A DNA stretch of 64,000 bases from an uncultured Poribacteria bacterium (GCA_958296135.2 CATQHZ020000001.1:1216001-1280000), one strand, 5' to 3'. Numbered from the stretch's first letter, positions 20,024 through 31,300 are shown. Translations and numbers: made by a program. The notes: generated by a model not told the origin, from the sequence alone.

Positions 20024-20800
20024 ATGAAAAAAAAGGTTCCTATCTTTATCGTTGTTTTGCTGTTAGTTTCGGCATCTCGCGCGGCGTTAGGTGTCGGCTT
20101 CCAGCATGAAGTGAGTAAAGGAGAGACGTTGTCCGAGATTGCGGATAAGTATGGTGTGCCGCTGAAGTCTATTGTCCAAGCCAATGGGATTCTGGATGCT
20201 AACCGCTTACGCATTGGGACGATGTTGCGCATTCCGGGGAAGGCCCTCGGCGGCGTTTGGTATGAGGTTCAGCCGGGGGATACGTTGTCTGGCATTGCCC
20301 ACAGGCATGGCCTGGGGTGGAAGGTGCTTCAGTTAACGAACGACATTGCCTCGCCTCGGCACCTCCGGGTGGGCGCGAAGATTTTTATTCCGAACGGGAG
20401 CGAGTCTGCTTTCAGGTGCCCGTTGCGGGTACCGATAGATGTCACGTCGAAGTATGGGCATCGCTACCATCCGATTACGGGCCGTTACCGTTTACACGAA
20501 GGCATAGACTTCCGTGCGTCCGTGGGGACGCGGGTTTACGCCGCCCAATCCGGGAAGGTTATCTATGCCGGGCGGAGAGGCGGCTACGGGAAAGTCGTCG
20601 GCATCCAGCACGCCGGCGATTGGACTACATGGTATGGACACTTGTCAAGAATCAGAGTCTCAGTCGGGGGAAAAGTGGACCAGGGGCAGGTTATCGGCCT
20701 CTCTGGGAATACGGGGATGTCAACGGGCCCTCACCTGCATTTTGAAATTCGCTACAAAGGTAAAAGCGAGAACCCCGTTCGCTACCTCACCCTCCGATAA
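20024..20800 (+). CDS. LysM-domain M23 family peptidase
   Basis: Two LysM repeats (GETLSEIA, GDTLSGIA); HEGIDF, YGHL, GPHLHFE. Confidence 0.92.
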   Translation: MKKKVPIFIVVLLLVSASRAALGVGFQHEVSKGETLSEIADKYGVPLKSIVQANGILDANRLRIGTMLRIPGKALGGVWYEVQPGDTLSGIAHRHGLGWKVLQLTNDIASPRHLRVGAKIFIPNGSESAFRCPLRVPIDVTSKYGHRYHPITGRYRLHEGIDFRASVGTRVYAAQSGKVIYAGRRGGYGKVVGIQHAGDWTTWYGHLSRIRVSVGGKVDQGQVIGLSGNTGMSTGPHLHFEIRYKGKSENPVRYLTLR

Positions 20801-20801
20801 C

Positions 20802-22331
20802 ATAGAGAATCCAAAACGTAGCGCGAGGGCCTGTCCCTCGCAAGCGTCATGGCTGCTTGTCGTTATCTTCCTTCTCTTCGTCATCTTGGTAGGCGCGCTG
20901 TCTGAAAAGAGTCGCTCATCGGAGGTACTCAACCTGAGGCCCGAAGTTGGCACACGGGGCCTCGGGTTGAGCGGCGCGTTTATCAGCAGTTCCGATGATG
21001 CAACCGGCGCGCTCTGGAATCCCGCCGGACTTGCCACCCTGCAAACCGGAGATTTCATCTATGATATCTCCCAAGGCGCGTTCTCCCTCGCTTATCCCAT
21101 TAAACCGCTTGGCACGTTCGGCGTGAATCTGTTGGATTTCCATGTCGGTGGTGCCGACCGGTTTTTGGTAAGGCATCCGAACAATCCCATTGGTACGTTT
21201 GAATATGGGAGCAATCAGGCGATGCTCTCTTACGCGCGCGCGTTCGGCGTGCTGCAGTTGGGCGCGAATTTCGGCTATAACCGCGCGCCCTATATCGGCA
21301 GCCAATGGGCCCCCAGTTACGACGTAGGCGCGCTCGTTAATCTCAATCGCCATATCACTTTAGGGATGCGGGTTCGCGATATTTCCGGTGTCGTCATTTA
21401 TGGGCAAAACGGGCAGGTATTGCAAACGTTCGACCCGCAGTTCGCCTTCGGCGCAACGGTGCGCCTGCATCCCTCTATCCAGTGGCATAACCGTATCGAT
21501 GCTACCTCTCGCAGTTTCGGGACGGGCCTGGAATTCTCTGCCAGGGACATCTCGGCGCGGATGGGAGTTGCCTCTGCCTTTGACGATTTAAACGGACTGC
21601 GCTACTCGTCAGACCTGCCCCTAGTTTGGAGTTTAGGGCTCTCTTACTATCCTTTCGGAAAGCAGCTCCACTATACTTACCTCAACCGCGGCGATGTGGA
21701 ACATAAACACCTGCTCTCAGTTGGGTTTACCTTCGGAGAAAGCGCGGCGAAGGACAGCCCATCGTCGCGCCCTCAGCACTCCGCGAAGCGCCTTTCGTCG
21801 GGCACGCAAAGCACTGCACAAGCCCCCCGGTCGCCTGGAAAAGGGAACAGCCGCGCCACGTCTTCAAGGGACGTGGGGGAGCTTGCGAAACAGCACGGGA
21901 TTGAGTTGGAGCTGCTGCTCGCGCTGATTCATGTGGAATCGACTTTTAATCCGCTGGCAGTTTCACCGAGTGGTGCCGGCGGTTTGATGCAGATGATGCC
22001 GGATACCGCACGCGGACTTGGGCTCAAAGTGCCGCAGTATCAAAATAAGCGCAATCCGACGCGGGATGGAAAAGTCGATGAACGCTTCGATGCGCGGAAA
22101 AATATCCATGCAGGGTTAAGTTACTTTAGGACGCTGTTAGACAAATACGGTGGGAATCGTCAGTTGGCACTCGGTGCCTACAACGTCGGCCCGGGCAGAG
22201 TGAAGAAAGGCGGGCCGCTTCCAGCCGGAGGCAAGAAATACGCGGAGAAGGTACTGAATCAATACAAACTCTACCGCGGCGATAAATCTCTTAAGGAGAC
22301 TGCCCTCAGGAAGTTGGAAGCAACACTGTAA
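20802..22331 (+). CDS. PorV/FadL-like N-terminal domain fused to SLT lytic transglycosylase (start uncertain)
   Basis: GTRGLGLSGAF...DDATGALWNPAGLA; IHVESTFNPLAVSPSGAGGLMQMMP, AYNVGPG; no clean in-frame ATG near 20800. Confidence 0.7.
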   Translation: MENPKRSARACPSQASWLLVVIFLLFVILVGALSEKSRSSEVLNLRPEVGTRGLGLSGAFISSSDDATGALWNPAGLATLQTGDFIYDISQGAFSLAYPIKPLGTFGVNLLDFHVGGADRFLVRHPNNPIGTFEYGSNQAMLSYARAFGVLQLGANFGYNRAPYIGSQWAPSYDVGALVNLNRHITLGMRVRDISGVVIYGQNGQVLQTFDPQFAFGATVRLHPSIQWHNRIDATSRSFGTGLEFSARDISARMGVASAFDDLNGLRYSSDLPLVWSLGLSYYPFGKQLHYTYLNRGDVEHKHLLSVGFTFGESAAKDSPSSRPQHSAKRLSSGTQSTAQAPRSPGKGNSRATSSRDVGELAKQHGIELELLLALIHVESTFNPLAVSPSGAGGLMQMMPDTARGLGLKVPQYQNKRNPTRDGKVDERFDARKNIHAGLSYFRTLLDKYGGNRQLALGAYNVGPGRVKKGGPLPAGGKKYAEKVLNQYKLYRGDKSLKETALRKLEATL

Positions 22332-22389
22332 AACCGAAAACGTAGTCATTGACAACGTCAATGACGGATATACGGAGAGAGGGTCTCTC

Positions 22390-23685
22390 ATGAGAAACAA
22401 CCGTTATCGAACGCATCGCGAAATACAAAAAATTCGTTTGGCAATTGTGGGATGTGGCGGGATGGGACACCGGCACATGTATGGGCTGGCAGAACTCCAT
22501 CGCGCTGGGTGGGAAAAGTTCGCACTCGTTGGTGCGTGCGATCCGGTCCAAGCGAATGCCGAGTCACTCGCCGCACAAGCAGAAGAACGCTTTGGCACAA
22601 AGCCTGCTGTCGTCGGCAGCCTTGAAGAGCTCGCCGCGGTAGGCGTTGACGCTGTGGACGTTACCACTACGCCGCCGTATCATCACACCGTCGCCGTTGA
22701 GACACTGGAGCGCGGCTGGCATACGATGGTTGAGAAACCGATGGGGCTTACGGTGCGTGCGTGTAACCTCATCTGTCGGGCAGCGGATGCCTCCGATGCG
22801 GTGTTAAGCGTCGCCGAGAATTACCGCCGCGACCCGGTGAATCGGCTAGCAAAGGCACTGCTTGACGCAGAAGTTATCGGTAAACCGCGCTTTCTCATCC
22901 ACCACGCGATTGGCGGTTCAAACCGCATGCTCATCTCTGTCTGGCGGCATCAGAAGGACCAGAGTGGCGTGTTGTTGGATGTCGGCGTTCACTATTCCGA
23001 TATGATCGAGTATTTGCTCGGCGAGGTAGACACCGTCTACGCGCAGACCCGGTTGCACGAACCGATTCGGCATAATCCTGCCGCGGGGAGTGGAGAATCC
23101 GGTTCCAATCCGGCGGGTGTCTACACGAAATGGCAGCAGAAAATGCCCGCTGAATTTGAAGCCACCGCTGAAGATGCGGCTTACGCCACGCTGACATTCA
23201 AAAACGGTGTTGTGGGGCAATATATTGAAGACCACGGTGCGTGGGGACAGGGCAGCTGGCTCCGTCAAATTCACGGTTCAAAAGGCTCGATGACTTTGCC
23301 CGGTGACAGAAGTGGCAGACTTATCTCCCTGAATATTGCTGGGCAAGAGACAATTAACGATGAGCGGCTTCTGTCACTCGTCCCGGATTTTTGTCTCGAT
23401 GCCGTGACGACAGATCTCTTCGGCGGCGACCGGCTCTGGCGGTATGAATTTCCGTTTGCGCAAACCGATGCGAAAATCATCGCGATTGAATACGGCGACT
23501 TCGCCGAAGCCATCGCCGGTAACCGCACTGTTGAGGTGGATGCGTATCAAGGCGCGCGCTCGGTTGCTGTCTCCTATGCGATGCTTGAATCCTGCGCGAC
23601 CGGAAGCATCGTCAGTTTGGATGCGATGTTGGATGAATCTGTCGACACCTACCAACGCGAGATTGATGAGGGGTTGGGGATTTGA
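22390..23685 (+). CDS. Gfo/Idh/MocA family oxidoreductase
   Basis: AIVGCGGMG, EKP, AENYRR, DVGVH; paralog of 97-1266. Confidence 0.9.
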   Translation: MRNNRYRTHREIQKIRLAIVGCGGMGHRHMYGLAELHRAGWEKFALVGACDPVQANAESLAAQAEERFGTKPAVVGSLEELAAVGVDAVDVTTTPPYHHTVAVETLERGWHTMVEKPMGLTVRACNLICRAADASDAVLSVAENYRRDPVNRLAKALLDAEVIGKPRFLIHHAIGGSNRMLISVWRHQKDQSGVLLDVGVHYSDMIEYLLGEVDTVYAQTRLHEPIRHNPAAGSGESGSNPAGVYTKWQQKMPAEFEATAEDAAYATLTFKNGVVGQYIEDHGAWGQGSWLRQIHGSKGSMTLPGDRSGRLISLNIAGQETINDERLLSLVPDFCLDAVTTDLFGGDRLWRYEFPFAQTDAKIIAIEYGDFAEAIAGNRTVEVDAYQGARSVAVSYAMLESCATGSIVSLDAMLDESVDTYQREIDEGLGI

Positions 23686-23761
23686 GATTCCGTGACAGCA
23701 TCGCGGTGCGTTGGGGAGTCGCGGCGAAAACGGCCCCGTTGAACTACGAGGAGCAACCATT

Positions 23762-24826
23762 TTGACAAATCGACACGAACTCGGCATCGGTTTAATCGGG
23801 CTCGGCATTGGGCAACAGCACCTGCTCGGCTATCAACGGCAAGGGTTAAACGTCGCCGCTATCTGCGATAAAGAGGCGGCTCGCCTCAATGAAGTCGGGG
23901 ATAACTTCCAGATTGAGAAGCGGTATACCCGCATCGCCGAGTTGATTGCGGATGCGAACGTGCATGTCGTTGATATCGCGGTGCAGCCGTGGCTCCGCCT
24001 CCCTATCGTCAAAGCCGCAGCGGAAGCTGGCAAGCACATTCTCTGCCAGAAACCGTTCGCCATGTCCATGCGCCAAGCCGTTGAGATGGTGGAGCTCTGT
24101 GAGCAACACAACGTGCGGCTCATGGTGAACCAAAATTCCTGCTTTGTTCCCGGCTTCCTCGCCATTGAACCGTATATCAATGCCGAGCATCTCGGCGAGA
24201 TTTACCACGTTTCTATCACCTGCAACGGGTTCTACACCACTTTCCCGGAACAGCATCTTATCCCGGCGATGCAGGTGCATCACATCGGGCTCGTCTATAA
24301 GTGGTTCGGTGCATACGAGAGTGTTTACTGCCAAGCGCACGGACACGACAGCACGATTGACGAAGGCGAGGCACTCTCTGTCGCGCTCTTTACGAGCCGG
24401 AACGGCACACAGGGACTGCTCTCTTGCAATTGGGCATTTCTGGCGAATCCGGGCCGGAATCTCCAACATCCGCACGAGGAAATCCGCATTCAAGGCACGA
24501 AAGGTGCAATTTACGGTAACAGCGAGGATATGTGCGTTCACCTAACCGAACCTGAAACACAAGAGATTCGTCCGACAATAGAAGGCACATGGTTTCCCGA
24601 TGCGTTTGGCAATGCGATGGGACATTTCTTGGATTGCTTACTCGCGGGACAGAAACCGATGACGGACGGCCGCGGCAATCTGCATGTCGTCCAAACGGTG
24701 TTTGCGATGCATCAGTCTGCTAAATCGGGTGAGGTTGTCAAGATTGACGATATTTCGCTTGATGGGGATTACGATTTGAGTCCGCATCCGGTGCATGATG
24801 CGGATGATGTGAGTGTTTTGCATTAA
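23762..24826 (+). CDS. Gfo/Idh/MocA family oxidoreductase
   Basis: GLIGLGIG, LCQKPFA; TTG start after GAGGAG. Confidence 0.85.
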   Translation: MTNRHELGIGLIGLGIGQQHLLGYQRQGLNVAAICDKEAARLNEVGDNFQIEKRYTRIAELIADANVHVVDIAVQPWLRLPIVKAAAEAGKHILCQKPFAMSMRQAVEMVELCEQHNVRLMVNQNSCFVPGFLAIEPYINAEHLGEIYHVSITCNGFYTTFPEQHLIPAMQVHHIGLVYKWFGAYESVYCQAHGHDSTIDEGEALSVALFTSRNGTQGLLSCNWAFLANPGRNLQHPHEEIRIQGTKGAIYGNSEDMCVHLTEPETQEIRPTIEGTWFPDAFGNAMGHFLDCLLAGQKPMTDGRGNLHVVQTVFAMHQSAKSGEVVKIDDISLDGDYDLSPHPVHDADDVSVLH

Positions 24827-24841
24827 CTGATAAATAGATCT

Positions 24842-25010
24842 ATCAAGACCGGGAGGTTTCTCCTATCGGGGGGGGCCGCCCCCTATCGGGACCGGGAGGT
24901 CCCTCCTACCAGACCGCGAGGGCTCTCCTACCGGGACTATCGGGACCGGGAGGTCCCTCCTACCAGAATGGGAGGTCTCTCCTACCGGGCGGGAGGTTTC
25001 TCCTACCGTT
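24842..25010. repeat. REP cluster (family 1), ~6 copies
   Basis: Repeated (ATCGG)GACCGGGAGGTCCCTCCTAC variants. Confidence 0.8.
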
Positions 25011-25253
25011 TCCGTGCAGAGATGTCCACTGTCCCTCGCCGTGCCGTTAGCAAGGAGTGTTGCCTTGAAGAAGCCAAACGAATGCATCTATGCGGAGGCA
25101 ACGGCGCGGCCGTCGCACAGTAATTCTTCACGCCGGCCTCGGGTGGGGCAGCACCGTTTTTCTATAGTTATGGACCTAAATAAGTTTTCTTGCCTTCACA
25201 GTCTGCGATGCGGGGAACAGTGCTCATCCTGATGCCAAGTCTGTAGGTGGAAA

Positions 25254-25343
25254 GGACAGACACACGGTTCTGAAATCGCCATTGTTGTAACGAAGTTCGG
25301 ATTAACAGGAAAATTAATTATCATCACCGTTTATGTGGAATAA
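25254..25343 (+). pseudogene. C-terminal remnant of DUF4258-like toxin
   Basis: GQTHGSEIAIVVTKFGLTGKLIIITVYVE* directly upstream of a YgiT-type antitoxin; 5' part missing. Confidence 0.6.
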
Positions 25344-25362
25344 AGCAACAAGGAGTCACCCC

Positions 25363-25611
25363 ATGGTCTGCGATATGTGTGGGAAAGACGGCATCCGCCA
25401 ACGTTATGTTTCACGCAGTTACGGCAAAGGCGAGGCACTTTTTGTCATTGAAGATGTGCCTATGCTGAGCTGCACCCAGTGTGGTGAGAGTTATCTCACC
25501 GCGCAGACGCTGCATGAAATTGAACGGCTGAAACGCCTTCACCAAAGTGCAGCGACGAAACGCCCGGTAACCGTCGCTGTTTTTGCGGTAGAAGGGCCCC
25601 TTAGTCCGTAG
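25363..25611 (+). CDS. YgiT-type zinc-finger protein (MqsA-family antitoxin-like)
   Basis: CDMC...VIEDVP...CTQCGESY; AAGGAG RBS. Confidence 0.8.
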   Translation: MVCDMCGKDGIRQRYVSRSYGKGEALFVIEDVPMLSCTQCGESYLTAQTLHEIERLKRLHQSAATKRPVTVAVFAVEGPLSP

Positions 25612-25789
25612 GGCGGGGGCCCGGCGATCGCTAATCGCCGAGGGTTTCCTCCGCCATGCTGGGTCTATCGAGGGGCCGCGGGCGACAGGCCTTCGCGCGA
25701 CGGTGAAAGGATTTTTTTTCTTGACAAAAACGCGGAAAGCTGAATGGTGCGGATGATGTGAGTGTTTTGCATTAACTAAATAAATAGAT

Positions 25790-25950
25790 GTAGGAGGGAC
25801 CTCCTGGTCCCGATAGTGTTCGCATTGAGACGCGGGAGGGCTCTCCTACCGGGCGGGAGTTTCTCCTATTGAGACGCGGGAGGTTTCTCCTACCGGGACT
25901 ATCGGGACCGGGAGGTCCCTCCTACCGGGTGGGGTTTCTCCGCCCGTTTC
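25790..25950. repeat. REP cluster (family 1)
   Basis: GTAGGAGGGACCTCCTGGTCCCGAT followed by inverted copies ending CTCCTAC. Confidence 0.8.
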
Positions 25951-25965
25951 CGTTGAGGTTAGCGT

Positions 25966-26733
25966 ATGACGAGTAGACCTGAGGCATTTTTGATCGACCT
26001 GGATGGAACGCTCTATTTTAAAAATGAGCCTTACCCTGGCGCGATTGAAGTTGTTAACTATCTGCGTAGGGCAAATTATCAACTTCGCTTTTTGACAAAC
26101 ACAACCGCTAAGACTCCAAAGATGCTCCACGAACAGATGCAGGAGATGGGTTTTGACGTAGCGAGAAATGAAATTTTTAACGCAACCTACGCGTGCCTGC
26201 TCTACTTACGTTCACAGCCTCAGATATCTTGCCATTTTATGGTGGATGCTGCAGTAAAGGCATTTTTCAGTGAAATACCGATGGATGCCGCTTCTCCTGA
26301 TTTCGTTGTCGTAGGAGACTACGGCACGCAATTTGACTATGCTTCTCTCAATCATGCGTTTCGCCTGTTGATGGATGGTGCTGAGCTCATCGCGCTCCAA
26401 AGAGCCCCCTATTGGTTTTCTCCGGATGGCATGCGTTTGGATTGCGGCGCGTTTGTCGCGCTATTGGAGTATGCCACTGGAAAAACCGCCAAAATCATGG
26501 GCAAGCCGAGTGAACTGTTTTTCAGAACCGCGCTGGCTGATTTGCGGCTTTCTGCCAGTGAAGTCGTTGTGGTTGGAGATGACATCACCACTGACATCTT
26601 CGGCGCGCAGAATATGGAGATGCGGAGTGTGTTAGTGAAGACAGGCAAGTTCAGACCTGAGCAGTTGGAAATCCCGGTTGCGAAACCGACGTGGGTCGCG
26701 GCGAGTGTTCCCGAGTTAGCGGCATTGTTTTAG
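25966..26733 (+). CDS. HAD-IIA hydrolase (TIGR01458/LHPP-HDHD2-like)
   Basis: DLDGTLY, LTNTT, GKPS, VGDDITTD, VKTGKF. Confidence 0.88.
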   Translation: MTSRPEAFLIDLDGTLYFKNEPYPGAIEVVNYLRRANYQLRFLTNTTAKTPKMLHEQMQEMGFDVARNEIFNATYACLLYLRSQPQISCHFMVDAAVKAFFSEIPMDAASPDFVVVGDYGTQFDYASLNHAFRLLMDGAELIALQRAPYWFSPDGMRLDCGAFVALLEYATGKTAKIMGKPSELFFRTALADLRLSASEVVVVGDDITTDIFGAQNMEMRSVLVKTGKFRPEQLEIPVAKPTWVAASVPELAALF

Positions 26734-27031
26734 GACCCGTCAATTAACCGTAGGGCGAGGGCCTGTCCCTCGCCATCCCTAGCTCTGAAGTATACATTTG
26801 TTGGTAAGCGCGGTTTGAAACCGCGCGCCAGACAGCAAGCACGCTTCCAAAGTGCCCTTATCTGCAGAAAATGGAATTTGCTAAGTCCTGACTGATTTTG
26901 AGACCGGCTCTCGCGAAAAAACGGTTGCACAAAATGCGGTACGTGAACCTACCGAGGCGCATGACTTTGCACCCTGTCGTAACTTGGTTTCGTCACGACT
27001 GACGCGTTGTTATCAAGCGCGTCAAAACGCT

Positions 27032-27424
27032 GTTTCCCGATGCGTTCGGCAATGCGATGGGACATTTCTTGGATTGCCTACTCACGGGACAGAAACCGAT
27101 GACGGACGGCCGCGGCAATCTGCATGTCGTCCAAACGGTGTTTGCGATGCATCAGTCTGCTAAATCGGGTGAGGTTGTCAAGATTGACGAGATTTCGCTT
27201 GATGGGGATTACGATTTGAGTCCGCATCCGGTGCATGATGCGGATGATGTGAGTGTTTTGCATTAACTGATAAACAGATCTATCGAGACCGGGAGGTCCC
27301 TCCTATCGGGGGGCCGCCCCCTATCGGGACCGGGAGGTCCCTCCTACCAGAATGGGATGTCTCTCCTACCGGGTGGGGTTTCTCCGCTCGTTTCCGTTGA
27401 GGTTAGCGTATGACGAGTAGACCT
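27032..27424 (+). pseudogene. duplicated 3' end of the 23762-24826 oxidoreductase, REPs, and first codons of the HAD gene
   Basis: 27032-27350 nearly identical to 24592-24912; 27371-27424 nearly identical to 25927-25980. Confidence 0.85.
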
Positions 27425-27530
27425 TTTGTCGGGTTATGCTGGCGGCAGTTCCGCACCGCCGCCAGCCGAGTTAGATATGCCCGACGACTCTTCCGGTGAT
27501 GTTTGACGACAGGCTAACTAGGTTGTGGGG

Positions 27531-28289
27531 TTACTCAGCAGAAGTGTCAGTAATTTGAGCCTCTGTCTCATCAAGGCACAGCATCTTGCGGATTTTCGCA
27601 TGGTGCTTTTTAGGTATCGGGTAGCGTCCTGTCGCCCAGTGCGATAAATAGTAAACGGTTAATCCCAACTCGTCTGCCATATTTTGACGGCTGATACCGC
27701 GCTCCTTCATTTTCGCAAACACCACTTGAGCATCCAAAGAGGATTCCTCAACCACTTCCTCACTAAACTCAACGGTAGAGTCGTCATCAACCTTCTTCAT
27801 TACTAGTGATAACGCTTGTAGTGTGTTCGCAATTGTTTTCACGTCGCACCGGACAAAACCTTCACCAGGGATTTGATACCGAGTCCCATCAATCAGGCGT
27901 ATCACGACGTATTCAAGATCTTTCGCGCTACGCAGCTCGTCTTCGAGTTCGCGAAACCGCACGTAACGCAATCGTGTCGGATAACGCCATGCCATCACAA
28001 CGCGCAGTTGGGCTGTCTCTTCGGTTTCCGAATCGTAGATGTAGTCGCGCCCAAGATGGTGGATCGCTTGTCTTTCCACATCTCCTACATTGGCGAACTT
28101 GGCTTCAATCGCGACAGGCTCGTGCCCATCGATTTCAACGAACACATCGGGTTTTTTCGATGAGCCGCTATTCACAAACGGAGTTTGTTCTAACTCCATT
28201 TCCCACTCTATCCCCCGTGAGGCATAGTCGTGATTGAGGATACCGACCAACGCCTGGGTGATGGTTTCCTCTTTTTGTCTTACGTTCAT
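27531..28289 (-). CDS. PD-(D/E)xK nuclease-like domain plus C-terminal XRE-type HTH
   Basis: KPDVFV...VAIEAK, homologous to the N-terminus of 28326-31529; C-terminal RGISRQNMADELGLTVYYLSHWATG. Confidence 0.7.
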   Translation of the reverse strand: MNVRQKEETITQALVGILNHDYASRGIEWEMELEQTPFVNSGSSKKPDVFVEIDGHEPVAIEAKFANVGDVERQAIHHLGRDYIYDSETEETAQLRVVMAWRYPTRLRYVRFRELEDELRSAKDLEYVVIRLIDGTRYQIPGEGFVRCDVKTIANTLQALSLVMKKVDDDSTVEFSEEVVEESSLDAQVVFAKMKERGISRQNMADELGLTVYYLSHWATGRYPIPKKHHAKIRKMLCLDETEAQITDTSAE

Positions 28290-28325
28290 TTCTATCCTTC
28301 CTTTCGGTAAGGGTTAGGTTGCTTT

Positions 28326-31300
28326 CTATCCTTTAGCAATGAATTCTAGTTGCTCGCGGAGGGTTTTCGGTTGCTGTTCATCAAACCTCAGCGTGCCTTG
28401 CTTTTCGTTTACGCCGGGGAGATAGATGTCGTCTCGGATGAGCCGTTGTTGCTGCGCCTTCAAGGCGGCGGCATCGTCGGCTTCACTACCGGGCAGCTGG
28501 ATACCTCTCGCACGAAGCTTCTCTCGTTCATTCGCTAGGTTGCATTGACGCTTGACAGTTCCTTTGATGCTTGGCTCTTGGCTCAACATTTCCCGCAGCG
28601 TATGCAGTGCTTTGTGAGTTTCGTCGTCGGTGATACCGAGGACCTCTGCAAGGAGGCGTGCATCAAGGATGTGTCGCCACGTGTCCTCGTCGCATTCACG
28701 GAGCGGTTTCATTCGCCGGTTGGCGATATCGGCGAAAATTTTCTCGGCAGCGGTGAGTTCACTTACATCTAGCCGCCGGAGATCAAGTGTTGGCAATGCT
28801 TTTAGAGCAGTTACCCAAATTTTCCCCCTAGCTGTCTGGTCTTTTGCGCTGTGCATCCAGTGACACAGGAATCCAAACGTGGAATTACACCATAGCGCGA
28901 ACGCTGCTTCCTGTTGAAAGTTCGCGAACTTAATGTTCGTTATTGCGCTTGCTCCGATTGATGAATGCTCGGTGAGCATTGCCAATTGGGAGGTGGCACT
29001 GAAAGTCGGGAGCATATAGTAATGCATACGACTGTTGGTGTCCAACACTTTTGGGAGATGCTCGCGATTCTCGTGACGAACAACTCCTTCGGCATTGGGT
29101 TGGATTACCATGCTGCGTTGTTCTTCGCAGCTGGCCTTTCCTACACACGGATACAATGCTTTTGAAGCCTCTTGACTTTCAATAATCTCAAAGGGGCCCG
29201 CATCACCTTGGATGGTTTTCGGATCGAATCCGGTTTGGGCAATCTCACCGACGCGGGCCATAGGAATCTCTAGCGGTGCCAGTTGTAAGGGCAGCCAGAT
29301 TTGTCCATTTCGGAGACGATGGGCGGTTTGGAGAGTTGCCATTGACTTTGTTCGGGCGGCACTCCATACCTCGTCGTTTGGAGTAGGACATTCGATAACC
29401 TGTGCAATTTGCTGTTCGCCGATGGTGAGGCGCGTTCCGCCGTGTGGGATATCTTCAACTTGGCTTGGGTGTTGGAGAGTGTGAAGGTATTCGCCAATAA
29501 TGCTCGCTTCTAGGTTGCTTTTCGGGCGGTGTTCAAGGCAGACGAACCGTCCGCGTCCGGTATTCTCGCCGATGCCTTTTGTCGCGACAACGATGCATTC
29601 CGCCATGCCGGTATCGGCAGAGAATGCGCTGTCGGATTTGTCGTCTTCCGCAATGGTAACGACGGTGACGTTATGATACTCGGTTGCCCATAGGTTGCGC
29701 AGCTTTTGCCAGCTGACACCGGTGAGACAGGATATGGGCAGGATGATGCCCATGATACCGCCACGCTTGAGCTTTCTGTCAGCTAACTCTGCGAAGTAGT
29801 TACCGAGTCCGGCTTGCCCGTGAGTCACTCGGGTATCTTTTCGTGCCAGAGCTTTCTTCATTTTCTTCTCGTCATGTTTGGAGTGCTGATGGCTTACAAA
29901 CACGCCCTTTCGTGCCTTCTTACTATTGTTGTCTGCACCGTGACGGGAGAATGGCGGGTTTTGGATAACGATATCCATTTCGCCATCAGGATACCGCCGG
30001 TTCATGATAACGGGTGACTCTTCACTATCACCATGAAGTTGTTCGGCAGCGAGCTCGGTTATCTCGAATTCCTCAGCGTTCAGCAGTTCTAAGGAACCAG
30101 TTGCGTAGAGGGTGTTTCCCTCAGCGGTTTTCATCTCACCGTAGGGGGCAGTAATCACACGGGTTGCTCCCAACGTCACCTTTGGATGTGCACTCGCCAT
30201 CGTCGCGAAGGTGATGTGCGTGTTGTGTGAGTAGATGTCCGCTCCTGCCAAGTTGTTCTCCATCATCGCCCGATGGATTTTCACGCTGCTGCGTCCCGTT
30301 TTCTGCTCATGGAGCCGCTGGACGCGCTTGTAAACGCCGTTCAACAGCGCACCTGTCCCACAAGCGAAGTCGGCTACCTTCGGTAGGGTGTTGACGTTGA
30401 TATCGGGACACACTAACGCCGCTAAGAGGGCGGCACTTGTCGGCAAGGTGTAGTTTGTCTTGACATACTTCCGGTCGATGATGAGCCGCTGGACAATCTC
30501 GCCTGCCAACTCGTGGATTTGCGGGAGATGCGACTGCACCAGCGTATCCGCTGCATGACATAGTTTCTCCAGCACCTTGTTCATCATCGCCACGTCGTAG
30601 ATGAATGCCTTCCGCAACATCCGCAATGCGTCCTTGAAAATTGGCTGGTAGTTAACGCCCAAGATAGTCTCCCAGTCCTCAACTACCTCCCGATAATCCA
30701 TTGCGCGTCCTGCGTAATAACTCAGCGGGTTTACGAATCTTAAATCCTTTTTGTGCGGTTCCTGTGCCTTGTTGTCCTCTGTTTTCTTACCGGCTATAGC
30801 GTTCTGGAACACGAAGGCATTCGTGATGACTAGACACGCCATCCGACATGTCTGCTCACTTACCTTCAACTCTGGAGTCTCCTCTAACAGTTCGGCCATC
30901 GTCTCACTCTCGGGGACCTTCACCTTCTGATCTAGAATTTCCTCCAACACGTCGCACATGGCATCATTCTCGGCCACGGCATGCTCCAGCCACGTCGCCG
31001 CGACCTTGATATCCCTATCCATTTGAGCGACTGCGTTATCAATCTGCTCCTGCGGAACAGCCCCGACTTGCAAGGCATTGGCGATGTCTGCCAATGTACC
31101 ACGGGCATAGCCCTCACGCGGGAATTGATAGGGTTTTCCACGCGTCTCGCCGATGAGCAGATACTCAATGTTGTCAGCATCCTTCAACGCACGCACCAAG
31201 TTTTCACCAGATGACTCCATCACGTCTTTGGGATAGCGGATAACCATCGCCGCATGCAAGGTGTCACTGACACCAACCCACTTCGGGGTGAGTTCACGCC

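Noticed and set aside
20514-20800. ORF-track 5' extension of the SLT gene
   Set aside because: It overlaps the well-supported M23 peptidase domain in another frame.
24842-25010. Second CRISPR-like repeat cluster
   Set aside because: Irregular spacing, no unique 30-40 bp spacers, same REP family.
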